From assembly GCF_009914755.1 (NCBI RefSeq), contig NC_060937.1: 64,000 nucleotides of DNA. One strand, given 5' to 3'. Shown here in pieces: positions 40,213-58,072 of the stretch; positions within the stretch are counted from its first letter, which is position 1; each line of letters starts with the position of its first letter. The DNA is from the human T2T-CHM13v2.0 reference genome, Homo sapiens. The notes below the pieces were generated by a model. It made no database searches. It was not told the DNA's origin and was given only the letters and a program-made list of their open reading frames with translations. Made by a program: the position numbers and the translations under genes.

Positions 40213-40444
40213 GTAAGGAAGCCCCTCCTATCAACCTCTGGCCTGTACGTGAAGAGGGCTGGATGGTTGTCTGTGGCTGTTTCCCAGATAACCTGGTACC
40301 AACTGCAGACAGTGGAGGGAACTGATTGGTTTGGGGCTAGAATCATATACCAATGGCCCATAGCTTTACTGCTGACATCTAAGAGTCAAACTCTCAAGAA
40401 ATTAAGGAAGACAGAATTTTAGACCATTACACCTAAAAAGTGCG

Positions 40445-40790
40445 TGGGAGCCTTGCTTCTCAAAGTGAGGTCCAAGGACCCTCAGCGTCTGCATCATCTG
40501 GTTTGGGGAGCTTGTTAGAAACGCCCAGCGGCAAGCCGGGCCCAGCCCTCCAGCACCAGCACCGCATTCAACCTGATGCCACCGATTCCTGTGCACCTGA
40601 GAGGCCCCATGGCTGAGCCGTCCCCTCCTCCACCGCCTCAGCCCTGCCAGCCCCCTGGAAAGATGGTGGAAACTACAGACCCCCTGGCCTCACCCCGGGG
40701 ATGCAGGCCGTGCTGGTTTGGCTGAGCCTGGTGCCTCTGTGCTTCTCTAGGGCTCTGCAGGTGATGCTAAAGTACAGCCGGCTGAGAACC
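40445..40790. mobile_element. MER5A-like hAT-Charlie fragments
   Basis: ttctcaaagtgaggtcc...gagcttgttagaaacgc and gctgagaaccgctgcc. Confidence 0.5.
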
Positions 40791-40883
40791 GCTGCCCTGG
40801 GCCAGGGCCGTCCAATAGAAACACAGCATGAGCCGAAGATGTGCTTTTCATTGTCTAGTGGCCACATTAAAAAGACACAGATG

Positions 40884-41164
<281 letters not shown>

Positions 41165-42519
41165 TTATTTCACGTGATGATTTCAACATGGGATCAGTGT
41201 CAAATTACTAGTGAGATGTTTCAGTCTTTCCATCACGCTGGCTCTCCACAGTTCCATGTGTCCTTTGCCTTCACGGCCATTTCCACGTGGACAGCCGCGC
41301 TCCAGGGTGTGAGCGCTTAGCCAGTGCCTGCACTTCTGCTCTGACCTCTCGTTTTACATGTGGGGAAACTGAGGCCCAGAATGCTGGGACTCAGAGCATG
41401 CAGTCCTGACCCCTGCTCACATCGATGCCCTTGGGAAACAGTCACCTCCCAGGACCTCTCTGCCAGCATTGCCTGTGGAGTGGGGTCGGGGTAGAGGATG
41501 GGGCCACCTTCCACCCGGCAGGGCCCGGGACTGCGGCTGTGAAGGCTGCACGGCCTCGAACAGGGGCTCCCGTGGGAACGCAGGGCCCCCAGGTGCTGGG
41601 CCCTTTCCAGGAGCTGTCGCTGTCAGAAGTCAGGCTTTGCTCCCTTTCCACATCTGGGTGGGAGAGGCCTGGGAAAAGCTCTGCCTGCCTGCGTGTTTGA
41701 TGGGTTAGGTGGATGGATGAGTGAGCGCTCCAGTGAATGAATGGATGTTCCCATTCTCGCTCCTGCCGCCCCGTCCACTTTCTGGGTACTCAAGGGAACT
41801 GCCCCAGGCAGGAGTTAGACTCCCCAAGGTCAAGGAATGGCTGTGACTGGACTCACTTTCCTAGTGAAGCTGGCGGGTGCCAGATTCTGAGAGTTTTAGT
41901 CCTGAGACCAGCACCTGCTCCAGCCAGTGTCTCAGCCACCCCCAGAGAAACAGTGGCCTCAGAAAAGGATTCTGGAAGAGGAAAGAGTGGCTGGCGTTTC
42001 TGATATTTTTCCTGGGTCCTGACCAACTAAACCTAGAAGGAAGCAGCAGCTCTTACCCCCATCCACACCCCCAGATTTCTTCTAGGTAGAAAGCTGAAAG
42101 CATTGACAGTGAGAATTCAAATCCCTGTGGAGGTCAGCGAAGCCCACCCAGGCAGGCCAGGCCGAGACTCTCTGTCCAGAGCTTGCTGTGGGAGGGCAGT
42201 CACCACCATCACGTGCAATGTCAAAGCCTCCGAGTCACCATCACGTGCAATTTCAGAGCCTCTGAGTCAGGCAGGGGATGGGGCCTCACTAAGGCAAAGG
42301 AAGCCCAGGTCCCGTGCAGGCTGCAGCTGGGTGTGCTGGGGATGGCTCATCAGACGGGCGGTGAGGGGTTGGTGAGGGAGCATGTGTGGCTTTCTCTGGT
42401 CGGCTCCGAATTGGAAGCGAGGACAAAAGCCAGAGGAGCTGTCGATGATGGATGCATTCCTGGCCCTCTGGGGCCGGCTGGTCCAGGGGTTGCGCTTCGG
42501 CTGCCTGAGTCGTTGCTAG

Positions 42520-42983
<464 letters not shown>

Positions 42984-45183
42984 TAGACTTGGTTTTAAAA
43001 CAAAGAGCTTCCTAACCTTGTTCCACCTGCTGGCTTCATCTCTACCTAAAGCGTTTTTCTAGCCCTGACCAATCTCCCCGAGGGTAGGGAGGCCCGTGGA
43101 AGGGTCAAGGCAGCCTTTCGCCCTGGGCAGCTCACCCTGGGGTGGCTCGGCCCCCCGCCTCTCTTTGGCCCCCAAAGCCATGACTGCTCTCCGAGCAGGA
43201 ACGCGCCTCCTCACAGCTGGGCCACCATCCACCCGCCTCAGGGAATCCCAGGGTGTCTGCAACTTGAGGAGTTTGGGTCCCCAGGAGGCCACTCCCGGCT
43301 TCGGGCATGGAGTGGACTGGGTCACACTGGGACAGGTCAGGGACTGTGGGTACAGTTGTTAGAGATGGAGAGTTGCAGAGACAGCCCATCCACCATGGAC
43401 GGGGGTGATCCCCAGTAACAATGGGGCAACCGAAGCCAGAGTTGGCCAGGAAGTTCAGACAGTGCCCCAGGAGGGCTCACTTCTTAGGGCTGGTCAGCTG
43501 AATCCTATCCTCTGCCTGCCCCCATTTGCCCTGGGAGCCCATCTGCCCTTGGTGGAAGCTCTGTTACTGCTGACCTGCTGTGCCTGGTCACGGCTGTAGA
43601 ATGCTGCCTCCTGGACATGGCTGGCTGGAATGGGGTAGAGACCAGGGACTGAGGCTGGGCCATCCTTGGCCCCCCAGTGCCTGTGCAGTGTCTGGTTCAG
43701 AAGAGTGCCCAGTAAATGCTTGCCATTCAAATGCATATCCACTCTTCTCCAAGACCCCTATCTCACTGGACACCATGACTGTTTAGGAACTTGGAATTCC
43801 TAAGATTGGTGCTTCTGTCCAATCACTGGCCCCAGAGGACAGAGCCTGAGTGGCAGCGCCCAGCCCCTTGGCTGGGATCCTGGGGCACCCACGGCTAAGA
43901 GGCAGGTGGCACGCAGCTCTGGTCCGGCAGCTCCGCAATACAAGGCCATGTCCCTGAGGTTGTCCTGGCCTCTCCTCAAGCTCGTGCCTCATGATCAAGG
44001 ATGGTGTCCACAGTGCCAGACACCTCGTCCACTCCCAGGGCAGGAGGCGGGGGTGCAGGCCTGGACACTGGTTCCCCTTTTATCAGGAGGAGCAAATTCC
44101 TCGCAGAGCTGGTAGACTCCTCCTACCTTACAGGCCTGTAGCCCACCCGGCTGCAGGGGGCCTCACTGGGGGCACACATTGCCAAAACCCAGCTCTGTGA
44201 GTGAGAAAGAGGGACAGCGCGGCTGCTGGGTGAGAAACCAAGAGCCCAGGACAAAGCTTTTTTATCGGTCGTATTGGTGACATCTTCGTTTCCAGTGGCA
44301 TTTTCAGCCTCTTCCCCTTTACCCTCGAATTCTGCATGAGCTGGTCCTGGGGTGACCAGACGCCCGCTTTGCCTGGGGCTGAGGAGCTTCTTCTTGAGGG
44401 ACTTTCTGGGCTAAACCCAGAGGGCCCCAGCAAACCAGGACCCACTGCCCAGCCCAGCACTGCAGCCTGGCCTGGTGACTGTGCTGCAGAGACAGCGGTG
44501 ACTCTCGGTTGCCACAACACCTGGCCATGGCCCAGGCTCCGTGCTGAGCACCTTCTGCATACACTGCTTTATTGGACCCTCAGGAAAGCCCACAGGCAAA
44601 TACACACCCCCATTTTACAGACAGGAAACCAAAGCTCAGAGCCGTGAGGACGCTTGTCCAAGATCACATTCTGGTGGGAGCAGAGCCCGTGTGTTTTTTC
44701 CGGGTCTGTCAGACACAAAGCTCAAGGCTCTCATGGTAAAATCTCCCTAGGAGAACCCATAGGGACGTAAAAGAAGAAAATGCGGCTGTGTTGACACAGA
44801 GATCAGGAGCGACGCTCACTCACACACGGAGGGCAGCTTTGGGAGAGCCTCAGAGATGGGACAGAGGGACCCAGGGCAGGAAAGAGACTTAGGACCACGT
44901 GTGGGCCAAGCGTCCAGCCTTGTACCTTTGGGGGGCAATGTTCAGTGTCCAAAATGTCCAAATGGTCTCAGTTTTTCTGAAATTATTGAGGGAGGCAGCG
45001 GCCTGCCCACCCAGAGAAGGTTCTTTCGAAAGTCAAGTCCCACATCCCCTGGGTTCCCGGAGTTCCTGTTTGTACAGGAACTGTGTGTACATTCACTGTG
45101 TGTACAGATGGCCTTAGGGGACAGGAGCCAAGGGCCAGCCCTGCAGGGCCGACTCTAACGTGATCTTGTGTGCTTCTCCCAAG

Positions 45184-45273
45184 ATGAAATTCTGGTCCAG
45201 GAGATTTTAGATCTGAATAAAACAACACCGAGCGAAATGCCAAGTACAGCATCAACATTATCAACACCGTTAC
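45184..45273 (+). CDS. SPACA7: SPACA7 coding exon 3 (90 nt)
   Basis: Branch-point-like ctctaac at ~45153, acceptor cttctcccaag|, donor |gtaagg. Encodes (D)[29 protein letters not shown], including an N-K-T sequon. Confidence 0.92.
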
Positions 45274-46200
45274 GTAAGGAGAAAAGCAAGCACACCCCTT
45301 TCTAACCCTCTAATTGCCCTTATTCCTGGAGGTCTGTGGTATGGAATACGTGACCCTATAATTTGAGCATTAAGACCAGCTATTTCTGGGGCAAGGGCAC
45401 ATGGAGATGTGAACAATATGGCATCTAAAACCATTTCTACAGCTTCCCGAGACAGAGGAAGTCAACCCTAGACTGGCAGGGTTAATTCCCTTTACTCTGG
45501 GATCTCTGGAGTGCGTGTTCAGGCACGTTCTCGCCCTCGGGAGCCACTGCAGGAACACAGGGCACAAGAACCTGAGAACCCTGCACTAACCAACACTTTA
45601 CAGTTCCTCCCACACACGCCCATGCTCTCACTTCACGCTCACCCAAGGCTTCTGAGAGAGCAGGGCAGTTATCATCACCCCATTTGACAGAAGGTAAAAC
45701 CAAGGTCTAGCAAATGACTTGCCCAAGCCACACAGTGAGTCATGAACCAACACAAAGAATGGCCTTCCCCAAGTGCAGCTTCACATGGTCAAAGACATAT
45801 GCAAGGAAATAGAACAGCACATTTAGAACCAAGACAGAGTACTGAATCAACAGTTGCCAAGGAGAGAACTGGGAATCAGAAATCCCCACACAGTGCATGA
45901 AAGTGTATTCGGCAGCAGGAAAGTTCAGCACTCTTGAAATCTTGCACCCAGAATGTAAATTCCAGTTCCTAGGATTGGTTCACCTGCCATCTGCCAAGGT
46001 CCACACTGTTGGTTCAAGGGAGTCAGAGGGCACCTGACTCTGTTTACACCTTCACTTACCAACGCACATTTCCACATAGAGCTTGCAAACTGTATTAACA
46101 TCCCAACCTTATATTGTAAAATAAAGCATGGGCCAAAAATGTTTATACCTGTGTAATCAAGAAAACTTTTCCCCATTTTTTTCCATGTTCTTCATTGAAG

Positions 46201-46308
46201 ATGCTGGTATTGATGAGAATTATCAAGCTGGTGGTTCTGAGAATTACCATGAATTATTAGAGAATTTACAATTCTCTCCTGGCATTGAGGTCAAAATTTC
46301 CAATGATG
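46201..46308 (+). CDS. SPACA7: SPACA7 coding exon 4 (108 nt)
   Basis: Acceptor ttcttcattgaag| and donor |gtaaat. Encodes (H)[35 protein letters not shown]. Confidence 0.92.
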
Positions 46309-46855
46309 GTAAATGCAACCCAGTAATTACCCCTTCCCAAGTCCAGCTGTAATGGGAGAGGTAGGAGGCAGGCAGACGCAGGCGGAAACATCTCCTTCCT
46401 GGAGGATAAACCCTTGGTGGGAGAATGTGCCCACTTCCCCTGGTTGGGCAGATCTCCCAGTCTCTGTCGGGGCTGAGGGACCCCCAGCTTCCTCACCCCC
46501 TGCTGTGGGGCCGACCCTGGAAAAAACACAGCCCAGGGAAGCACAGCAGAAATGTCTCATGGGCAGGCAGATGCCAAGACAGGGAGGCAGGTGCTGCCAC
46601 AATGCCTGGCCCCCTCTCCCAAAGCTTCAGTTAAGTCACTTCTCCTTCACAGGGCAGGTGCAGAGAGAGCCAGAGTGCCCCCAGGGGGGTCCCCCAGAAG
46701 TAGGGAAAAGCCTCCCTCCAACAGATGAGTCTGCTGGGAAAAAAATCAGTGTGCAAAGGCTCAGAGGATAAGATACTTGGACCCCATGGAGGGGCAAAAT
46801 ACCTCCTCTTTACCCTGGAGATTCAAAACCAGAAAGGGCACATATATATACCCAG

Positions 46856-47230
46856 GTATATGAGTCCATTCTCACACTGCTACAACGAACTACCTGAGGC
46901 TGAGTAATTTATAAAGAAAAGAGGTTTAATTTGTTCATGGTTCTGCAGGCTGTGCATGAGGCATGGCTGGGAGCCCTCAGGAAACTTACAATCATGGCAG
47001 AAGACCCTAGAGGAAGCAAGTACATCTTCACATGGAGACAGGAGAGAGAGAGTGAAGGGGGAGGTGCCACACACTTATAACCAGACCTCATGAGAACTCA
47101 CTATCATGAGAACAGCAAGGAGCAACTCTGCCCCCATGATCCAATCATCTCCCACCAGGTCCCTCCCCTAACACTGGGGATTACATTTAGACATGAGATT
47201 TGGTTGGGGACACAGAGCCAAACCATATCA
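46856..47230 (-). mobile_element. MaLR solo LTR (MSTA/THE1-like) between exons 4 and 5
   Basis: gagtccattctcacactgcta...gacacagagccaaaccatatca. Confidence 0.85.
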
Positions 47231-48203
47231 CTGGGACACACATGTAGGACATCTGTGGTGTTCCCCACACACAGGACCAGGTCACAGCTCCAGTATCTGA
47301 TGGTGTGCCAGGAGCCAAGCATTTCTGTAGGAGCCCAGGAATCTGCATCCCAATCCATTACCCCAAAGAGTCCCCCCAATAAGACAGACTCTGGAGTTGG
47401 GAAAGATTGAACTCGATTTTTTCAGGACTTAAACAGGAATAAGATTTTATTTAAAATTAATATGAATACCTCCAAATTTGTCTGCCTGGTGGTCAGTGTG
47501 GTGTTTGCCAACTGGCGAGTTTCTCTTTCTGCCATTGCTTCTCCATTTATTAATTGGGATTCTGCTTTAAGAAAGAGCTGCCCCTCCTCCCCTGTTTATG
47601 TATTCGGTTGCTTATTACTGTCTACATGGGCTACTAGGGATTACTATAGTCTGTGGGTTATAAAACACTAACACCGTTACTGATTGTGAGCCAAGAACTG
47701 GATGCTTGCTAAGTTCAATGGCACAGCATTTCTTCCAGGCCCTCTCCACAGAAAGAGCTAGGAAACACTTCTGTGCAAATCACAGATCCGTGCAAATCCT
47801 CCTTTCCTGCCCGCACTCCTTTCTTCCTACCCCAGTTCTGCAGTCATTATTTTTTGTATGTATCTTTCCATTGTTTGCAATATTTTGCCATTTCAAACAC
47901 AGCTGCAGTGAGCAGCCTATAGCACAGGTATTTTCATATTGTCAGGAATTATCTCCAGGGTCAATTCTTAGCATTGGGATGTTGGGTCAAAGGACGTGTG
48001 GAGGAGTGAATATGTAGTTTTAATAGTCAGATGAGGCCTGGCTCTGTATTCACATATTGAGTTTCCAAAACATATTTTCAAATAAAACTTGAAAATGATA
48101 TTAGCATCTCAACTTAGCATGTTTAAATAAATAAATGACCAAAGTGCTTATAAGTGTGTAATCAAGGACATTTTCCCCATTTTTTCCATATTTGTCATTA
48201 AAG

Positions 48204-48299
48204 AAGCCAATGCTAATGCAAATCTCCATGGCGATCCTTCTGAGAATTATCGTGGGCCACAGGTGTCTCCTGGCAGTGAGAAGAGTGTTTCCAGTAAAG
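48204..48299 (+). CDS. SPACA7: SPACA7 coding exon 5 (96 nt); gene continues beyond window
   Basis: Acceptor ttgtcattaaag| and donor |gtaaat. Encodes (E)[31 protein letters not shown]. No stop reached. Confidence 0.9.
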
Positions 48300-50564
48300 G
48301 TAAATGTGCCCTGCCCACACTGAGAGCTCTGTGGGAGAGACGGAGGCATGAGTGTGTGAGGTGACTGTCTCCCTCCAGCCTCGCCAGTATGCCTTGTTAT
48401 GCCATTAGGTTTCCACCAACATCATGGTGAGAAGTGGTATTTCAGTACTGCTTTTGTTTGCAATTGTCTCATTATGAGTGAGTTTAAACATCTCATATGT
48501 TTAAGGGCCATTTTTATACCACTTTTGTAAATGTTGCATTCATTACAATTTCCCATTTTCCTTTAGGTTTTTGGTCTTTTAGCCTCATTTCTCAAAGCTG
48601 TTTATATTTTAAGAACAAACTTTTAGAGAGAGAGAGATGATAGATAGACAGATAGATGATAGATGGATAATTGTTGGGGTTTGTTAGTTGACTTTTGACT
48701 ACGTTTATAATTTTTCATGCAAAAAAAGTCAATTTTTGTGTAGCCAAAATTATCAATCTCTGACTGCCTTTAGCTTTTGACTTTCTGAGTTAGAAAGTCT
48801 TTCTCCACACTGAGGCTAAAGAAGAATTTGTTTTCCTCCAGTATTTATAGGACTTCATCTGCTACATTAGCTCTTGGATCCATTTGGAGTTTATCTCTGA
48901 GCATGGTGTGAGGTGTTCCTAATTTTATATTTTTATGAATGGCTACCCAGTTATCCCTGAACCATTTTTTTAAAAGTCCATCTTTGTCCCATGATTTGCA
49001 AAGCCACACGTATTACACACAAAGTTTTTCTGTATGTGACTGTCCTGTCTGGGCCATGCAGCACAGTCCTCTACTAAGGGGCCAGCACCACAGTGTGTTA
49101 TTCAGAGTGTATTTTAACCTCTGGGACACACTTCCCTCTTTTAGTTTTTTTAGCTTTTCTTTTTCCATGTTTCCCTGATTATATTTTTGGTAACATGTCT
49201 AATTTCCTTTCCTTGAGTTTATGTTTTTATTGGGATTGCTTTACATTTGTAAAGTAATTTAGAAAATAACTGGCAGTTTTACAATGTTGAGTGGATCTAT
49301 CTAAGAATAAGTAATGTCTTTCTGTTTGTTCAATGTCATTTCCTATCTTTCAGGAATATTTTTAAGTCTTCCTTGTATAGGTGTTATACTGTCATGATAA
49401 GCTTATTCCTAAGTATTCAGTCTACTTTCTTGCTATTAGAAGCAAGATTTTATCTATCATTGTGTACTTTAACTGGTCTTTTGTATGAATGCCTTGATTT
49501 CTATAGGTTAATTTTATCCTGCTATCTTACTGAATTATTTTCTTGTTTGAGTTAGCTTTATCATTGATTATCTAGGGTTTTCCAGATCTGCTGTATTATC
49601 ATCTGTTAAATAGAAATGGTTTTCTTCTTCTTTACCAATTTTTATGCATCTCATTGATGTCCCTTGCCTAATTGCATTGACTGATATATCCAGGATAATG
49701 TTTAATAGTAGTGGAGTGAGTGGGCATTCTTGCCTTGTTCATGGCCTTCATAGAAATGCCTATAATGTTTATCCAGTAAGTAGGATTCTGGCTTTGGAAC
49801 AGAGGCACACACATTTGAACATGTAAGGAAAGCATCCATCAACCATTTTATGTTTTGTCAAAGTCTTTTTTATCATTTTTGGAGCCCATAGTTTTTTTCT
49901 TTAGATCTATTAAATATAGTGAATGATATTAATGAGTTTCCTAATACTGAACCAACCTTGCATTTCTAAAATAAATTCCATTTGGTCATGTTGATTATAT
50001 TCTTAGAATGGTATTAGATTCAACTTGCCAATATTTTATTTCATATTTTTGCATCCAAATACACAAATGACTCTAGTCTATGGTTGGGGTTTTTTTTAAA
50101 CCTATCTTTATCAGGTTGAAATACTGATGTTACAATAAAAAATTTATAATAAAAATTAGAAATTTTTCTTTCCTTTTTGGTTCTTTAGAGCATCAGAAGC
50201 ATTTTGTCTTTTAAAATTTATGAGAAATCCCTGTGAAACCATCTCTTCCTGGTGCTTTTTCTGGGGTAGTTCCTTAATAACTTTATTTCTTCTAGGAAAA
50301 GTGATTCTTCAGGTTTCTTAATCAATGGGGTCAATTTAGCCATCTATATTTCCCTAGGAAGTTATCCACTTCTTCTTGGTTTTCAAATGTATTTGAATAG
50401 AGATCTTTAAATCATCTCCTGATTTTAAAAAAACTTACTTGTTTCCATTGTTATTTCCCCTTTATGATTTCTTGTTTTGTAAATTTATGCTTAATCATTT
50501 TCTTCTTGATCAAGTAAGCCAGTGATCTGTCTGGTTTATCGTTTTTTCTGAAATCCAGGGATTT

Positions 50565-52065
50565 TTTTAATTTCCATAGGTTTTTGGGAAACAGGTGGTG
50601 TTTGGTTACATGAATAAGTTCTTTAGGGGTGATTTCTTAGATTTTGGCGCACCCATCATCCGAACAGTACACACTGTACCCAATTTGTAGTCTTTTATCC
50701 CTAACTCCCCTCCCACACTTTCCCCCAAGTTCCCAAAGTCCATTGTGTCATTCTTATGCCTTTCCATCCTCATAGCTTAGCTCCCACTTATGAGTGAGAA
50801 CATACGATGTTTGGTTTTCCATTACTGAGTTACTGCACTTAGAATAATGGTCTCCAGTTCCATCCAGGTTGCTATGAATGCCATTATTTCATTTCTTTTT
50901 ATACCTGAGTAGTATTCCATAGCATATATATACCACAATTTCTTTATCCACTCATTGATTTATGGGCATTTGGGCTGATTCCATATTTTTGCAATTGCAA
51001 ATTGTGCTGTGATAAGCATGTATGTGCAAGTGTCTTTTTCATATAATAACTTCTTTTCCTCTGGGTAGATATGCAGTAGTAGGATTGCTGGATCACATGG
51101 TAGTTCTACTTTTAGTTCTTTAAGGAATCTCCACACTGTTTTCCATAGTGGTTGTACCACTTTACATTCCCACCAGCAGTGGAGAAGCATTCCCTTTTTA
51201 CCACATCCACATCACCATCTATTATTTTTTGATTTTTTGATTATGGCCACTCTTGCAGGAGTGAGGTGGTATAGCATTGTGGTTTTGATTTGTATTTCCC
51301 TGATCATTAGTGATGTTCAGCATTTTTTCAACTGTTCGTTGGCCATTTGTATATATTCTTTTGAGAATTGTCTATTCATGTCCTCAGCCCACTTTTTGAT
51401 GGGATTGTTTGTTTTTTCTTGCTGATTTTTTCATTGTAGATTCTGGATATTAGTCCTTTATCAAATGTATAGATTGTGAAGATTTTCTCCCACTCTGTGG
51501 ATTGTCTGTTCACTCTGCTGATTATTTCTCTTGCTGTGCAGAAGCTTTTTCATTTCATTAAGTCCCATCTATCTTTGTTTTTGTTGTATTTGCATTTGGG
51601 TTCTTGCTCATGAAGTCTTTGCCTAAGCAAATGTCTAGAAGGTTTTTTTCCAATGTTATCTTCTAGAATTGGTATGGTTTCAGGTCTTAAATTTAAGTCC
51701 TTTATCCATCTTGAGTTGATTTTTGTATAAGCTGAGAGACAAGGATCCAGTTTCATTCTTCTACATGTGGCTTGTCAATTATACCAGCACCATTTGTTGA
51801 ATAGGGTGTCCTTTCTCCACTTTATGTTTTTGTTTGCTTTGTTGAAGATCAGTTGGCTGTAAGGACTTGGCTTTATTTCTGGGTTCTCTATTCTGTTCTT
51901 TTGGTCTATGTGCCTATTTTTATACTAGTACCATTCTGTTTGGGTGACTATAGCCTTATAGTATAGTTTAAAGTCAGATAATGTGATGCCTCCAGATTTG
52001 TTCTTCTTGCTTAGTCTTGCTTTGGCTATGCAAGCTCTTTTTTCATTCCATATAAATTTTAAGAC
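50565..52065 (-). mobile_element. 5'-truncated L1PB-type LINE-1
   Basis: L1PB-like 3'UTR and ORF2 C-terminal peptides ([19 protein letters not shown]). TSD aaatccag(g/t)g at ~50551 and ~52067. Confidence 0.85.
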
Positions 52066-52107
52066 AAAATCCAGTGTTTTGATATACTAATTAGCTCCAT
52101 TGTATTC

Positions 52108-52331
<224 letters not shown>

Positions 52332-53159
52332 GTATTTTCTTCTTTACCTCATTAATTTCTGCCTTTGTCACTAATATTACCTTCTTTATTTTCTCTTATA
52401 GTTCACTTTCTTGCTCTTTTTCTAGTTTTAGACCTCAGTAATTCTTTTATTTTTTTCCTTTTACCAATAAGTGTTTAGTGCTGTGTTTCTTTAAATGTAT
52501 TTCACAGATTCTCATGTATAGTGTTTTCATTATTATTTTCCAGAAATTTATCATTTTAGCTTGTATTTCCCTTTTAACCAAAAGTTTTCCAATTCCCAGG
52601 TAACAGGGCATTTTGTCTTTGTTTTTCATAATAATTTCTAGTTTTATTGCCCTGTGATCAGAAAGTACTGTTTGTAATAGTTTTACTTTACAAAATTTGC
52701 TCATGGTTTCATAAATATATTCAATTTTTGTGAATGTTCCATAAGCACTTGAGAAACAGGTGTATTCTCCAGTGTCAAGATTTAACTGGAATCTGGTGTG
52801 TGTTAATAACAACAACCTTTTGATTATGTTGTTTAAGTCTCCTCTTACATTTTACACCTATTCAACCTGTCTTTTGTTAAGAATAGTGTAAAAATTCTCT
52901 ATTATAAATATTTTTCTGTGTCTCCTTGCATTTTCTGTAGTTTTTGCTTTATGAGTGTGATTCCTGTGTTATTTGGTGCATAGATTTTTATGAATATTAT
53001 ATCTTCGTTGTGAATTCCAACTTTTAGCATCGAAAAGATACTTTCTTTGTCATGTTAATGTTTTGAGGATTGGATATTTCTTTCTCTGCCATAAGGACCA
53101 CTATCTCTCTGCTTTCATATTAAATAATAAGATATATTTTGTCCATTCTTTATTTTTTA

Positions 53160-58072
<4,913 letters not shown>

